From Streptosporangiaceae bacterium (GTDB taxonomy: Bacteria; Actinomycetota; Actinomycetes; Streptosporangiales; Streptosporangiaceae): a DNA stretch of 64,000 nt. Numbering within the stretch: position 1 is the stretch's first letter; the number at the start of each line of letters is the position of its first letter. The stretch is from positions 11,991 to 75,990 of the forward strand of contig DATELR010000211.1 of the NCBI GenBank assembly GCA_035276345.1, in the 5' to 3' direction. The position numbers and the translations under genes were made by a program. Below the pieces are notes generated by a model. It ran no database searches. It worked only from the letters and a program-made list of their open reading frames with translations, and had not been told where the DNA came from. Of the stretch, positions 63,596 to 64,000 are shown piece by piece.

Positions 63596-64000
63596 TTAGA
63601 CGATCGCGGTCCTGTGGCCCTTCCAGTACTCGTCCCTGAGCAAGCGCTTGTAGAGCTTGCCGGTCGCGGACCTGGGCAGCTCCGGTACGAAGTCGATGGT
63701 CTTCGGGCACTTGAAATGAGTCAGCCGCTGCCTGCAGTAATCGATGAGCTCGCTGGCGAGCTCAGGTCCGGCCGCAGCAGGGTCGGCGAGCTGGACGACG
63801 GCCTTGACCTCCTCACCGAGATCGTCGTTGGGAATGCCGATGACGGCCACGTCCAGCACTGCCGGGTGACCGGACAGCAGATTCTCGGTCTCCTGCGGAT
63901 AGATGTTGACGCCACCAGAAATGATCATGTAGGTCTTCCGGTCGGTCAGATAGAGGTAGCCCTCTTCATCAACGTGGCCGACGTCTCCGACCGTGCTGGT
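63596..64000 (-). CDS. Acyl-CoA synthetase / AMP-dependent ligase, 3' fragment (start lies beyond the window end)
   Basis: The C-terminal domain is IISGGVNIYPQETENLLSGHPAVLDVAVIGIPNDDLGEEVKAVV...PRSATGKLYKRLLRD. The frame stays open to the window edge. Confidence 0.85.
   Translation of the reverse strand, partial: TSTVGDVGHVDEEGYLYLTDRKTYMIISGGVNIYPQETENLLSGHPAVLDVAVIGIPNDDLGEEVKAVVQLADPAAAGPELASELIDYCRQRLTHFKCPKTIDFVPELPRSATGKLYKRLLRDEYWKGHRTAIV

Overview
High-GC (about 70%) Actinomycetota chromosomal segment, densely coding. I found no rRNA, CRISPR array, transposase or integrase.

Layout:
- 0-18 kb, conserved core: folC 3' end, DUF4233, mreB-mreC-mreD-PBP2-rodA (stop/start overlaps), a TauE/SDR pair, the TIGR03960/TIGR03936 radical-SAM pair, rne, rplU-rpmA-obg.
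- 18-29.5 kb, looks accessory and sits where actinomycetes usually carry proB/proA: a HelD-type helicase, a short Erm/KsgA-like methyltransferase, an aminotransferase-epimerase-GT28 operon with a divergent NodB deacetylase, a Mut7-C RNase, an M48 peptidase and PaaK.
- 29.5-33.2 kb, core resumes: nadD, an inserted ABC pair, rsfS, a histidine phosphatase, tRNA-Ala(GGC).
- 33-41 kb, patchy tRNA-proximal region: two large secreted beta-propeller proteins, about 1 kb of gene-poor lower-GC DNA, two paralogous TM-plus-helical orphan proteins flanking a LysR/DoxX pair, and a yefM-yoeB locus that looks decayed.
- 41-64 kb: mixed metabolic, redox and regulatory genes.

Observations I consider most worth follow-up:
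1. Two tandem modules, each a SufR-like four-cysteine HTH regulator paired with a divergent redox-type membrane protein. One has a very clean nested four-site operator.
2. MreD with a roughly 320-residue repeat-bearing tail.
3. A 23%-GC structured intergenic element upstream of the radical-SAM/rne block.
4. The HelD plus short-Erm pair with an overlapping SD-linked uORF.
5. yoeB with the catalytic His replaced by Gln, next to a frame-disrupted yefM.

All functional calls come from reading the translated ORFs for motifs and architecture. No database search was run. I cannot point to one clearly novel multi-gene system with confidence.
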